A DNA stretch of 64,000 nt from Lingula anatina. Lineage: Eukaryota; Animalia; Brachiopoda. Both the position numbers and the translations under genes were made by a program. The notes beneath the pieces were generated by a model. That model was not told where the DNA came from and ran no database searches. It saw only the letters and a program-made list of their open reading frames with translations. Shown here in pieces: positions 25,585-38,784 of this stretch. Within the stretch, counting starts at the first letter, position 1. Every line of letters starts with the position of its first letter. Where the stretch lies: the NCBI GenBank assembly GCA_051362555.1, contig CM120642.1:372001-436000 (forward strand). The letters are read 5' to 3'.

Positions 25585-25770
25585 ACCAGTGCCCGGTTGC
25601 ACCAACAGGGCGTAAATTTACTCGGCTACGACTGTCGTAAACCTCGACGCCTGGCGTCCGTGCGCCAGGTTTACTCTCCCTGATTACGCCCGTTGCACCA
25701 AGACAAAAACTGATCGTCGTAACTACGCCCGAGTAACGCTCCGTTGCGTCACTGGCCAACAATACGTGAA
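25585..25770. mobile_element. Harbinger-type MITE fragment
   Basis: GCCCGGTTGCACCAAC terminus, GC-rich with an internal repeat of gttgcaccaa. Confidence 0.45.
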
Positions 25771-25936
25771 TGGTATAATTGGGCAAATGAGGAGTTCTCA
25801 GCTGCAGTCATGATGGAATGATGACATAAATAAACACAAAAGGAGCATTTCAGTGACAGAGAAATTCATAAGCTACATCATTCCGTTTTGATTTAGAAAT
25901 AAGAACGTTAAAATACGTTAACTTTTCTGTTGCCTT

Positions 25937-26420
25937 GGGGCCGGTTTCACAAAGCAGTAGTTAGTTAGCGATCGGTGGTTAGCCTATCGCTAGTTATGAG
26001 TGCCGTTTCACGAAGCAATCGCCAGTTCTCTCGCTCGTTATTGGCTCGTTGTTACCTCGGATATTTAACGACTGGTCAGACCAGTCGCTAACTCTAGAGT
26101 TTCATCGTACGCATGCGTAATAAGTGAAATAAAAAGGTTGCTTAGTTACCGTTGTCTGTCATTTGTCTTTGTATCCAATATGGCGGCTACTTTTCTTGCT
26201 ATCCGTACCGCCAGACGGCAACGTAGACTACGACGTTTTCATGAAAGGCAGAATCTATTAGAATATACACAAGATAATGCAATTTACGAGAGGTTTGTTT
26301 TAATTTATAAGAATCATTGTTTTATATTATACTTTTGAATATATTATATTGTATTTTTATTTTTTATTTTAGTGACCGGCTATCGGCTATCGATATCTGC
26401 TATGAGCAATTTTGAATAAA
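25937..26420 (+). mobile_element. Harbinger transposon left end with first exon of a HARBI1-like transposase
   Basis: TIR GGGGCCGGTTTCACAAAG at 25937; MAATFLAIRTARRQRRLRRFHERQNLLEYTQDNAIYER (~26180-26292) resembles the N-terminus encoded from 35505. Confidence 0.6.
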
Positions 26421-28878
26421 CTGAAAATAAAGCCAACCGTGTACAAAAAGGAGTTCTATGTTCCTTATAACCCAATACACGCACTGTCTAACAAATTGTT
26501 AATGCTAAGCAACCTATGTTTGTTTACCCTTCAAGTAACCCACGCGGCTTTCAAACTGACAAGACATGTGACACGCTGGTTTCTACCTATGGTAACTAAA
26601 AATAACAGCTTACCTCATTTACATCTAAACAACTGAGGGAATTCACGATATTCTAGAACTTTCTCCCCGATCCCCTTTTGAAATAACATTGCTATACCCT
26701 AAAAGTAGGTCGAAAACAATTTGCTTTACTACTTCCACAGCAACAATAGTAAGAGAAGTAAAAATAGTCCTGTAATGGAATGAACTGAAGTCAGAACTTA
26801 ATCAGTTTTCATTCACAAGTATCCAATTCTTCTGCTCAAAACTTGCAAACAAATGTATTTTCATCTTCACAAACACTGACCACATTAGTTATTCAGATAA
26901 GTCAGCATATGGAATGGAATAGCATCGCCCTTTTCATGATTCAGAATAATAGCAATCTGGGATCATCTGTTGGTATTAAATACCTTTCATGAATCTCTAT
27001 TTTTCTTTTTTATCAAGCCAAAACTTGCGGTAATTAACACAGATATGATTTGAGGTTGTAAGAATAAAGTAAGGAGAAATGATGTAGCAACCTAACTATG
27101 GGTGCTGCTTAAGGCTGAAAACTTCCAAGAAATATATTAGATTTCTTATATTCATACTATATTGTAAATGTTCCTGCTTGCATGCTTAACGATATCTAGG
27201 AATATTTTGATCATATTTTGTGCTTATATATATGTCCATTTTGGTACAGGCTGTTTGGTAAACAACATTCTTTTTTTTTACTTACCGTATTGAAGGCAGG
27301 GGAATTTAAACTTCTCTTGATCTTGTTCTCCTTGTGTTGTGGCCTCTATCTTCTGCAAGAGTAAGTGGGGTAAGCCTGAGTCATTGATTTTGACACCAGT
27401 TGTATATCCTTATATGGAAACTGTTTCAACTTTCTTTTTTTGGTTCTTCCTGGAAAAGCCAGGGCCGCAGTGTGTCCGCAGATCTTACATATCAATGCGT
27501 AAGCGGTGATAATTACAAAAACACCTACGCGCTTGCACAAAATAGTCCGCGACGTGTGTTTCGTGCCATGTTTTCAAAAATCCTTAGTTGTTATATAAAT
27601 CCATGAATCTCTGTGAATAACTCATTATTCCGCTTGAAGCTTTCAAAAAATAAAATTTAGAACTTGATGCAAACGCACAATGTAAAATGAACATTTCAGT
27701 TCGACGAAAGCCTTGTAGGCCTATCAGTTGTCTAAAATTAGCACACGCATTTTTCTCAAGCAGATCGTGTAATTTTGTACCCTAAAATGAAATGATTGTA
27801 GAAAAAAAAAATGGACAAACTTACTTTATTGATATTATAACGACTTATGGAACTATATATGCTGGAATTGAGCCAAAAAGGATAAAAAATTTGTACAACC
27901 GTCCTTTTTTTTGTGAAATCCCTATTTAGTGCGAACTATGTAGGTCAGTCGAAACTGGGACTGTCACGTTGCACGGAGCAAGTGTCTCGAGAGCGTTTTT
28001 CTCCGTAAATCTTTCATTTCGGTTAAAAAATTGAATGTTCAGCTTTTTCAAGTGTATATTCATAGTATACAACGTGTCACTGTCATAGTGAGAGTTGTTA
28101 TGGAAAATAATACGTGAAAAAACGACATAGGTGCTGCAGATCGACCATAACATTTTTTTAGAATGGAAAAATCTGCCGTTTGCCTTTCAAGTTACGTAGC
28201 TTTGGGTTTGCAAACTAAAAGGTGAGTCCTTTTTTTTTTTTTTTTTGCATTCACAAAGTTTCATAAAAGCGCCGAAATGTATAGAAATGATTTTGGAGTA
28301 ACCTCCCTTCGCATAGTTTAGATGCACTTGTTGACGTTCAGTACCAGTGAAATGTTATATTTTGTTGCAAAGTTATAGTTGTACTTTGTTTACATAAAAT
28401 GTGTAGGCCTACTAGCGTACCTTTATCCGCTCTATTTCCTTTATGGAGTTGGTATCTAGACCTTTTCGAAATAGGGTGTGTGTGTCTATACACACCTGTT
28501 AACTAGCACATTGCGCAATCGGCATTACAGGTGTACTAAAGGTCTTTCTTGGACAGGTTTCAAAGTTGTTTTACATTATAAGTTTAAATATTCTGATTTT
28601 TTAAACAATTTTACTCAATTTATCTTAAATTGTTGGTATTAAAAAAAATCTTCAAATTTAACAAGTTAAAAAAAAATCGTTTGTCAAGGCAGAGCCACAC
28701 TTTATGACCAATATATGCGCACTTTAAATTTATGACCTATGCATTGTGCTTTTTCAGTTTTAGTGAAATGTTGACAGCATACCTATCCCTGCCTAACGCA
28801 GTACCTATCGCATGAGAATGGACTTGATGGCATGAAATGATGAAAAGATACCAGTTAGACAAAGCAGAAAATAATTAA

Positions 28879-28879
<1 letters not shown>

Positions 28880-28930
<51 letters not shown>
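28880..28930. repeat. (TA)n microsatellite
   Basis: Read directly. Confidence 0.95.
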
Positions 28931-28933
<3 letters not shown>

Positions 28934-29868
28934 CCAATACTTCATTATTTTTATAACTAGCCTATTACTAGTAGGACCAAGGAATTATTAATACTATATA
29001 GTATAGTAAGAAATTACTTTGATAAACAACTGGTGTGAGACTGACAATGAGGTTAGTTTTATTTTTTTTAATCTATGGATTTTCATTAATTTTCAGTTTT
29101 TATCTGCTATGTATAAATGTCTTGTTTCTACATACACGTATATTATATTATATTTATTTTTAACAGATTCCAGAATTTCATATCAGCTGACAATAAGGGA
29201 AGAGGTGTTCTAGTCAAGACCAGGAAAAATATATTTCCATACGATTTTGTGTGATGGTGCTGTTGATGCAGGTGTGACTGAACAAGAGATGGTGTTTTGT
29301 AGAGTCCTGGATATTGTTTACCCTAGAAACCTTTCTCATAGTAGACAATTTCTGGAACAATACTTTCTTCAAGTATTAAACAGGATGGGCTTTGACCCAA
29401 AAGACTTCCATTGAGAGTGGCCTGCCTTTAAAGAGCACATAGGTGGCATGTTTATAGTGAATAAAAGTAAAGACATGTGTACTGATTTGTTTCAAGGCTA
29501 GGAGAACAGACAAAGATTAGAATACATACAATAATGCTAATTGAAATTGCCTTGTTCAGCCTGTCCACTTCTCAGGTGGAGAGAGGATACATTGCTCTCA
29601 AAAGAATTGAATCTGACTGGAGGTCGTTTGGGGAATATTATGCTTAAGTTAACAAAATTTTGACAGCAGTTTTATAAGGGCCAAGTTTTGATGATCATTT
29701 ATTCAAGGAATCTATCAACCACTGGGTGGCAGGGTGGCAATCTGGGAAGACGGCCCAATTTTGAACTTAAATTGATTTAGTTTTCTGATTGTCATATCCA
29801 GCAGGTAAATGACCTGGCCACTGAAGATTCTAAGGAAATAAAAAAATTGAAACATACTCGTATACTGA

Positions 29869-29903
<35 letters not shown>

Positions 29904-29969
29904 CATTTTACTTTTATATGTATTTAATTACAAATTTATATTCAAGAATTTTCAGCCGGGGATGATCTT

Positions 29970-32907
29970 TTTATTATTATTATTTTTTTTTTATTTCCAG
30001 AATATACCAAAAATACACTAAATGATAACTAGGATAATTGACTAAACCTCTCACTCCCATACACGCACACATGCCTCTCACATTTGGAGCAACTACATAG
30101 TATTATCATTGTGACTTTGCCATTTCTGTCAAAGTATAAAAAATAAAAATGTAGTATACTATTACTTTTTACAACCACTATTTACAGAAAGGTAGACAAT
30201 AGGCTAATAAGTCTAAGATACAAGGCTTCTTTTTTTTTTAGCCGTAATAAAATAAATATATGGATATATAAAAATACTAGTGTGAAGAAAAGAGAAACAA
30301 AGTGTAGACTTAATATAAATTACATTTTTAATGGACAGAATGGGAAACCTCACATGTTTTAATTTTCGAAAATTAGCTTCACGTTTTCCCATTTCTCTGT
30401 GATTTCTAATCTTTTTTTCTCAGTCCGTAAATAGTTGGAATGCATGTCTATATCTCTATATGATTTTATAAATGTTTTTATGCTTTTCCAGTTTGGGATT
30501 TCCAATTTTGACCTACAGAGAGTAATATATTTTTTCATTAGAAGGATGACAAGATATATACCGGGCAATTGCTTATTCAGAGTACCCAGTACAAAATAGT
30601 CTAGTTTTCTTTCTATCGTGAGTCCGCAATGTTTTTTCAAACTTCTGATCAAACATGTCCAAATATTTTGCACATGGACACAGTCCCAAAATAAGTGTTT
30701 CAGTGTTTCTTTTGACAAATGACAAAAGGTACATTCTGCTGACTCCCTTCTTTTGCCTTTGTATAGAAAAGAATTTGTACAAAAAATCTTGTGGTTAATT
30801 TTAAACTGGAGGGCTTGTAGTCGAGTATCGTCGGTTTGTTCAAACGGTGCCCCAAAAATCGCCCCCCATATATCATCGTCGCTATGGTAATGCAGACTGG
30901 ACTCCCAGCGATTCTGATATCTGGGGCACGTCTTTTTAAGGAACAATTTATAAAATACCTGTGATACTTTTTCATTCATCTGAATCAGTGAAATGTTTTC
31001 GCTTCTAGCTTCTGTTATGTTATGACCATATGCCTTAATTAGTTTTCTCCAATTTTGTGGTACGGAGTTTCTTATACTTTAGTGTTCGAGAAAGTTAAAG
31101 TTAGATTGATATTTTGCATTGATCTCATCTATAGTGTAAAACTCGCCTGAGGCATTAATCAAATCGCATATAAAAAAGACACCTTTATCACACCACCTTT
31201 TCCAATAATAGGGGACATCATTAATTCTCACGTTTTCGTTATACCAAATAGGTTGTGATAAAATGTCGCTTGTCGACTCTGCGGGGCTATCTTGTAATTC
31301 TGCCCATGCAGAAATAACGTTTTTCCAAAATGGATTGAAAATAAATTTTGTTTGTGAAAGGCCATTTTTCGTGAGATACCAAAAATTACGTCCCCCAATT
31401 TTTTCTAGGTTTTTCTTCAAAAGTACTTTCCATGCGCATCTATGATTATCATTTAGATACTTTTTTACCCACGTAATTTTTAGGGATTTTGCTAAAAGCC
31501 TAAAGTCAGGAGCGCGCAGTCCTCCCTCGTCGTAATTTCTTTTCATGGTTGATCTTTTTACTTTATCAATTGCGCTTCCCCAAATAAAAGCAAAAGTTAT
31601 TTTTTCTAATTCCTTGAAGAAGATTTCCTCGGGAGTTGGTAAAACTGTGAGCATTTGTATTAGCAGTGGCATAGCAATCGTTCGTACTACTACTATTTTA
31701 CCTATCAAGGATAAAGTTCTAAAGGACCAATCATCGAGTACTTTTTTGTATTTATGAAGTTTTTCAGAGAAGTTTTCATGGTATATATCTTCTTTGGACA
31801 AGTCGTATTTTATACCTAGGAGCTTGAATTTTCCTTCAAGATTCCATTTTAGTTCTAGTTTGGTTTTTATTGTTTCCCTTTCCCCCCTTTTTGATCCAAT
31901 CCAAACTGCCTCAGTTTTATTAAAATTGGTGCGTAGTCCAGAACATTCTGCAAATAAGGTTATGATCTCCATAGTTTTTTCCAGCGAAACTCTGTCATCA
32001 CTTAATATAACCGTTGTGTCGTCTGCGTACTGACTTAGTAGATATTCATTTCCCTCGATAGTAATTCCTTTTATTTCTTGCTCATGCTTTAGTGCCGAAC
32101 TGAGTAATTCCAATGATAAGATAAATAGATATGGGGACAGAGGGTCCCCTTGTCTTACTCCTCTTTTGATATCAAAGAAATTGGACAAATGTCCGTTATT
32201 TTGAATTGAACTTGAAATATCCTTATATAGTGTTCTAAACCATCTTACTATTTTTTCCCCAAAATTATAAGTGTAGTGTTTTTTCAATGAAAACCCATTC
32301 CAAAGAATCGAAAGCTTTTTCCATGTCAAGTAGTAGTAAAACTCCGGATATGTTTTCTTTTTCAGTTTTTTTCTATCAAGTCGTTCACCAACCGAGTGCA
32401 CTCCCCAATATATCGGCCTTTTAGAAATCCCAACTGCGTTTCACTTATAATTCGAGAAAAGGTTTTATTTTGTTTGCGATACACGCGGACGCAATTTTAT
32501 AGTCGACGTTTAATAAACTTATAGGTCTCCAATTATTTAAATATTCTTTCTTTTTCTCCCCCTTCGGTAGACATGTTATCAGACCTTGTCTTTGAGATAT
32601 GGACATGCTTTGTATTTGGTATGAGTATCGAAACGATCGTAGTAAATAGTGTTTTATGTCAGGCCAAAACATCTTATAAAATTCAGCGGTGAAACCGTCA
32701 ATTCCTGGAGATTTACCGTTTGGCATTTGTTTCAAAGCGGCTAGGCATTCTTGTTCTGTGATGTTCGCGTCTATATTTTCATTTTCTCGCGGGAGTTTAG
32801 TGATATAGGGATTTTTATCGTTAAAGAAAATGTCAAAATGTTTTTTAATGATTTTAGTACCTTTTGAGGAATATAAATCTGCATAGTATCTTTTCTGTTC
32901 ATTGACA
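29970..32907 (-). mobile_element. 5'-truncated L1/Tx1-clade non-LTR retrotransposon (RT + C-terminal Zn knuckle), frameshifted
   Basis: KSPGIDGFTAEFYK, NWRPISLLNVDYKI, RGVRQGDPLSPYLF, QYADD, GGL, CTFC...HLFWDC across ORFs 32445-32735, 31079-32401 and 30359-30979; A-rich tail at ~29970-29995; TSD ATGATCTT at 29962-29969 and 32908-32915. Confidence 0.95.
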
Positions 32908-34621
32908 ATGATCTTGATTGTATGTCAGTTTTGGCTAAAGTAAGATTCATAACTTGCTGAGACAGGTGCTTCTCCTGCCCTCAGAATAGACAGAACAAGT
33001 TGGCCAACGAGTTTATTGGGGCCTTGTTAACTGCTTTTATTTAAAAGGCAAAAAGATTAAAAAAAACTTTCAAAAAGTTCAGTGCATATTCATGAGGTTG
33101 AATGAACATTTCCCAGGGACAGTGCTTTAAGGACATGAATTTTAAATGTTTACTTAGTGTTGTTTATCAAACAGATTTCAATATTTTGCACTTTTAAAAA
33201 CAAATGTAAATTTTAAATAGATTAGGGATATTTTTTCAAATTATAATTGGAAGGGACTTACCCTGTATTTTAAATAGTTTAATATGTAAGAGACAAAAAT
33301 AGTACTAGTACAATACATAGAAATAAATCTTGAGCAGTAAAATAAGAGAACAAGGCAGAAGTGCATATCTTAATATAATGATTAAACCGGGGTTGAATAA
33401 TTTTTTTATCAAAACCCTAGCTTTCAGGATTTAAAAAGTACAACCTGGTCATAGGCCAGAACTTCATTGTAAATATTTATTCAATTAAAAAAAATATTGT
33501 TTTATTTATAACTAAATCTAGCAATATCTTTCTATAGTGGTCAAAATTCACACTGGATTTCTTGTGGATTGGATCGTAACTTTGATGTTTTAAGAATGAA
33601 GTATATAACTCTTGGAATATTTCTGATGTTAGATGTACTGCACTTATTCGTATTTTAATTTTATTGTGACTTGTTGCTCTGATATTCAGAATATTTTAGA
33701 AAACTTGTAGTCTTGCTAAGTCGGGTCAGTGAGTCAGGTTGGTCACGTGACGCTATAAATTATGATGAAAATGGGGTTCCATTTTTGTCGTCGTTTTGGA
33801 GATGCACTAATTTCCCCTCACAAAATGGGTAAAAATTGTAGGAGACATACCTTATTATATATCATTTGAAAGTTTATGATTTCGTCTTTCTGCAGAATGT
33901 AATTGTTTGAAAATATTTTGCGTTTCCTGCGATACATAATAACAGTAACCTACTGCACTTGAAAAAATCGGTTTTGCCAACTTTTACACCGACTTCACGG
34001 GATTATTAACCCTTTGTCAACCAGTTGGGAGCCGAACGCAACATATATTTCATATCAACACGACGCCCACTTGTTTAGAATTTATATAAAACGCTGGTGA
34101 TATAAACATTATAGCAATTTTGTTATAATTTAAACGCCCTAATGTCACACGCTTCAAAAATGCGAGTGCTTGGCGTCGCGTTCACCTCGCACTTAAAAAA
34201 ATGGACAAAGCTGAATTCACAAAATATATATACTGCCAGAAAGCCAGTTTAACCAGCTTTCATGATTTTTAAAACTTTGTACAATTTAAACTTCTTATAG
34301 AAATCTTTAAATAGAAATTTTCGGACACCTGAAACGGGACACCATTTGCAATCACCCGCGTGGATAAATCTTCCATTTTACAGTTTAAAATCTATTTTTT
34401 ATGACAACTAACCTTAAAATTCCGAATCCCTAGACATTTCCGCTTCCTTTTATATACCTATCGTTTAATCTCATCAACTGTTGACAAAAATACACATGAA
34501 AATACGAAGAGCTCAAAAGTCGTCCATTTTCACTCGATTTTGCTGAAAGTAGTGCGAAAATGGCCGTCGCTTCAGCCAGTGTGCACGCGCAGCTCAAAAT
34601 CTGCGGACAGTGATGGTACTG

Positions 34622-34830
34622 CAGTGGGGGATTTAGAAGGGGTGGGCAGGGGTCCCCCCCCCCCCCCCCCGGCCCCCTATTGAAATTAAAAAGTTATAAA
34701 TCAATGGCATCGTTTGCCATATGAAATACCAAACATTTTATGGCCCCTTCACTGAGCCCCGAACAGCACGCCTAGTTGGAGGGGGGTCAGCTTTGCATCC
34801 GAGGACCTCCCTTAAAATAATCTACCCCTG
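34622..34830. mobile_element. Small hAT-type MITE
   Basis: Termini cagtgggggattt / aatctacccctg with G/C-run internal motifs. Confidence 0.55.
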
Positions 34831-34979
34831 CTACTAAATGTTCGAGAATAATAACATTCTCCTTTATTTAGCATAATAAGTCATCGTCATTGTAACTAAA
34901 TAAAGTGATTGCGACAGTTGTGATTGCGATAGTAGCGTAAGTGTAAAATGTAAACAATATAACGAAAGTAGCGCACTTA

Positions 34980-35505
34980 CCTTAGTGTAGAATCACACAC
35001 GGCTTGTACATTCAGAGCATGATAGCCCTTGCGGCAAACATATACATTTTCACTCTATGTGGCGCTGCTATGGGAACTAATGTTCCGTCTATCGCCCCAG
35101 TGACATTTGGGAATCCGTCGATGAGGTGAAAGCCACCCTTCACGGCTCTGACCTCGATTTGTGTTGTGGGGAATCTGATGGTAAGATGGCTCCCACCACA
35201 TTATGGACTGAATGGGACACAAAGGCAGCAGAGATCCCTAGGCTGTCGCCAATCACAGCCTGAAAACTACCGGTCGCAAGCACGCCAAGGCAGGCAAGAA
35301 CTTGTGTGGTGGGGGAGAGTGCTTGGGACCTTGCTGTTTTACGCCGCAGCTGGCCTTCAATCTTCTCCGTCAGCATCCTGATGCCCCTCTTCGACAGCCT
35401 GTACCTCCTCAGTACTCCCCTCTCTGTCTGCTCTTCTAAGAAATCACGCCGCGGCATGTAAATCCGCCTACTGCCGTTTCGCACGACAAGAAAAGCTGCA
35501 GCCAT
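34980..35505 (-). pseudogene. Harbinger transposase (HARBI1-like, DDE_Tnp_4) fragment
   Basis: RRYRLSK...ALSPTTQVLACLGVLATGSFQAVIGDSLGISAAFVSHSV, then after a frameshift GFPNVTGAIDGTLVPIAAP (first catalytic D). Confidence 0.85.
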
Positions 35506-36059
35506 TGCGCTAGGTGAACGCCAAGTTACGCATGCGCAAAGACTTAGCGACACGGTCGGAGCTGTACCAAATATCCTGCGTAAATAGCGCATTATTTTGC
35601 GCAAAATTACATTGCGAAACGTCCGTGAAAGGGTCTGTTCGCAAAAAGGGACTTGCGCAATTGCGCAAATTGCGAAACGTTCTATATATTTAATTTCATA
35701 GTTTTAATCATATTGTCGATATTTGCGAGTTCGTATCGCTCTCTCTCTCTCTCTATCTCTCTCCGTTCTTTATTTTGCATTTGTGGGTACACTTAATGTA
35801 ATATATTTATGTATTTATTATTATAATTATTATTATCTATCTATTTTACTTTTTTTTTAGTTTCACCACATCAGAAAACACCTCAGAACTCACTTTAGAA
35901 CTCACTCCAGAATTTAACTCAGAATTCACTATAGATAGCTACAAATGTGCGTGAACAATAAAAGTGAAATTTAAAGATTTGTTTTTGAGTTATTGACTGG
36001 TACATAGTAACAGATGTATTTCCATCTCTGCAAACATTATAATACGCATATTGCTTACT

Positions 36060-36275
36060 GTAGGCGGAATGAAATACTCCAGCTTTATGCATATCGTTGT
36101 GAATGACACCGTGCTTCATGTTTTCAAATGCCTGCTGTAGTTCTATGTGGGTGTCCTTGAAGTTAGTTCCATTATTGCTCCACAGTTCTGCAACGTTCCC
36201 ACGACGCGCAATAAAACGTCGTAAAACATTGATAAATGCATCGGTTTCAAGCTTATGAAAGATTGAGTCACTCTG
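36060..36275 (-). mobile_element. BEL/Pao LTR retrotransposon integrase core fragment
   Basis: LETDAFINVLRRFIARRG...LWSNNGTNF matches the BEL/Pao rve 'F..RRG.P..I.SDNGTNF' motif. Confidence 0.8.
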
Positions 36276-36321
36276 TACCTCTGAGAAAAAAAACTTGCAA
36301 ATCGCTATGCCTGTGCCCCTG

Positions 36322-38285
36322 GGGTCTATAAGTCGAAAGCTTCGCAAATAGTCAGCACAGCGATCAATATTTGCGATGGCGATTGCACCCACCTGCTATA
36401 TCGAAGCCTTAGCAAATGCAACGCAATTATAGCCTCAAACTACTTAAGCCTCGGTCACAACCGGACGCACGAATTTTAGGACCTTACGTCCCCTACGAAT
36501 TTTGGGTGCAGTGCAGGACGTGGAGTTCGTAGAGGTAGAGGAAAGGTTTCAATGGAAAGGCGCAAGTCTGCCTTGCGAGTCGGATGGGCCACTTGAGATG
36601 TCCTTTCAAGCCGGGACGCTAATTGCAAGGTGCGATGGCTGTGGAAATTGTACTCATTTCCTGACTTTGTTTTGCCACCTGCATACGTGGCACGCACTAA
36701 CCACTTACGAATAGAATGCAACGTACGGCGAAAGTAGTTCCCTTTTGCGTCATTTTTGCTTCACACTTGTCTCACACACTTATGATGACGTGTTGATGGC
36801 GTACGTCAGTTTTGCCTCCTGTTTTCCCCTTCTTTCTTCTACCTTCCCCCTTCCTTTCTCTCAGCTTCTTTCTCTTGTCTTTTGGAGGCATATTAGAAGT
36901 AGAATTGAGTGAAATTTGAATTTTTTGTAATTTGTTGTACCCGTTGCACAATCGACGTTTATTGTCGAGACACGAGAGTGCGTCGTGTGCACACCTTTTA
37001 TACTTCAGGCGTGGGGGTGACGCACATGCGACGCATTTTAAGCCTAGGTCCCAACCGAACGTACGGGCTGCTACCTGTAGTCTACGGCCAAAAACATGGG
37101 GAAAACGTGGGAGTTCGTGCGTGAGGAGCACGTCCATCGTGCGACTTTTGGAGGACGTAAACAGCACGAAGAAACTTTTCAACATGATCAACAGCCGCTA
37201 CGTGCAATCTAGCTGCGTCCTAGCCGAACGCAATGAACCTAAACACCGTGCGTCCAAAACGTAGTTGGGACCTAGGCTTTAGGTGTGCTTTCGACTTTGT
37301 TCGTCAGCTGTGAGGGCTTGCGCCGTACCCAGCACGCAAAGGCCACTAGCTCCTTCATTGTTTGCGACGTGCGTCTTGGACCGCGCACTTCTCACTTGCG
37401 AAGTCCTTGCTACTGGAGCAAGTTACGCTTGGTGCCTCGCTGTTCGCATGCTATTCGTATAATCTTTTGGACATGTCCAATATCCTCCGTACGTGCTTAC
37501 GAGCTGTCTGCAAACTCGAAATTTAGCAAAATTTTGCCGCAAACAGCCCGTAAGAGCCCGTACGGCCGGTTGTGACAGATCTAGCTTAAAATTAAATTGC
37601 CGCATAAAGTGAAGACGTCATAACAAAATTATACGTAATATAATTTCATTTCAGTATAATGCTTATCAAGAGGTTTTTTTATATTTATAGGAATATCACG
37701 TTACAAATAATGATATTTGAAGTGTTTGACACCAATAAAATGTCAAAATCAATTCAATAAGCGAGGCGCACGTGTTTGGATTGATACAATTACTGACACT
37801 TTGGTGAGCAGTGTTCAGTCTCACAATAACAGACACTGAGGAAGGTTATGGTGTGACCGAATGCTTTGTTTCTGCTCTCTCGTTTTGTGTAGATAATGAA
37901 ACTTTTAAACTTATGATTATTATCAAAAGACTGCAAGGATAAACTTATATAAAATGATGTATCAAATGTTTCATTTTGAACTTTTTATGCATAATAGACA
38001 TGACTTGCATTCTTCACGTGAAAAATTACCGCAAGATGTTCTATCAGAGGTACAGAGTGGCTCAATATTTTATAAGCTTTCTTGCTTTGTTGTATGCTAT
38101 TGTGATTAGCAACCCAAACTTGCCGGCATGTTTTATTAAATGAAAGACACTGAAAGGAAGAATCATGCATGCGCAAAGGCCACTGCGACGGTATTTACTG
38201 GTCGCAAACAATAGCCTTGAAACTAAAGGTGATATCGCTGTTAGCGCTCGGTCGCGATTTGCAATACTTTCGAGTTATGGAGCCC
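36322..38285. mobile_element. Harbinger-type MITE (copy 1), interrupted by the 36447-37586 element
   Basis: Termini gggtctataagtcgaaag / ctttcgagttatggagccc; body homologous to 38785-39679. Confidence 0.75.
36447..37586. mobile_element. Non-autonomous Harbinger-like element inserted at a TWA site
   Basis: Termini agcctcggtcacaaccgg / ccggttgtgacagatctagct; the matching site in the sister MITE (~38920-38935) is empty; a partial inverted copy lies at ~38420-38760. Confidence 0.75.
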
Positions 38286-38784
38286 AGCTCGGCTTGCTAA
38301 AGACGTGAAAAGAACACCGTAGCACGAAACGTCTTTCCGGACCTCTTTGATTATGAACGCTCAAAACAGTCGACTCCAGCAGATCGGCTAAATAGAGGAA
38401 TTGTATCGTTAATCCGCGAACACAAGCGGCTGTGCGGGCTCTTACGGGCTGTTTGCGTCCAAAATTTTACACAGAATCTCACGTCCCACGCAAGTCCTTC
38501 TTACGAAATTTCGAATTCGCAGACAGTCCGTAAGCACGTACGGAGGATGTTGGACATGTCCAAAAGATTTCACGAATAGCCAGCGAACAGCGAGGCCGCA
38601 AAGCGTAACTTGCTCCCCTCGCACGCAGTTAGAAAGTAAGACGAGCGTTGTGCAAAACGCACGTCGCAAGCAATGAAGGAGCATGTGCCCTTTGCGTGTT
38701 TAGTAAGGCGCACGCCCTCACAACTAACGAACAAATTCGAGAACACACCGGGAATGCGTCGCACGTGCGTTACCCCCAGCCCTG

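Larger units (their letters stand above)
27460..34621 (+). mobile_element. Decayed hAT-family (ZNF862-like) DNA transposon containing an L1 insertion
   Basis: Ends cagggccgcagtgtgtccgcagat / atctgcggacagtgatggtactg. Remnants ILCDGAVDAGVTEQEMVFCRVLD (~29240-29312) and EIALFSLSTSQVERGYIALKRIESDWRS (~29543-29626, hAT C-terminal dimerisation-like). The left end interrupts the 8040-9230 repeat family. Confidence 0.6.

Noticed and set aside
34980-35604. Domesticated host HARBI1 gene
   Set aside because: Frameshifted, truncated and embedded in TE debris, so treated as a transposon relic.
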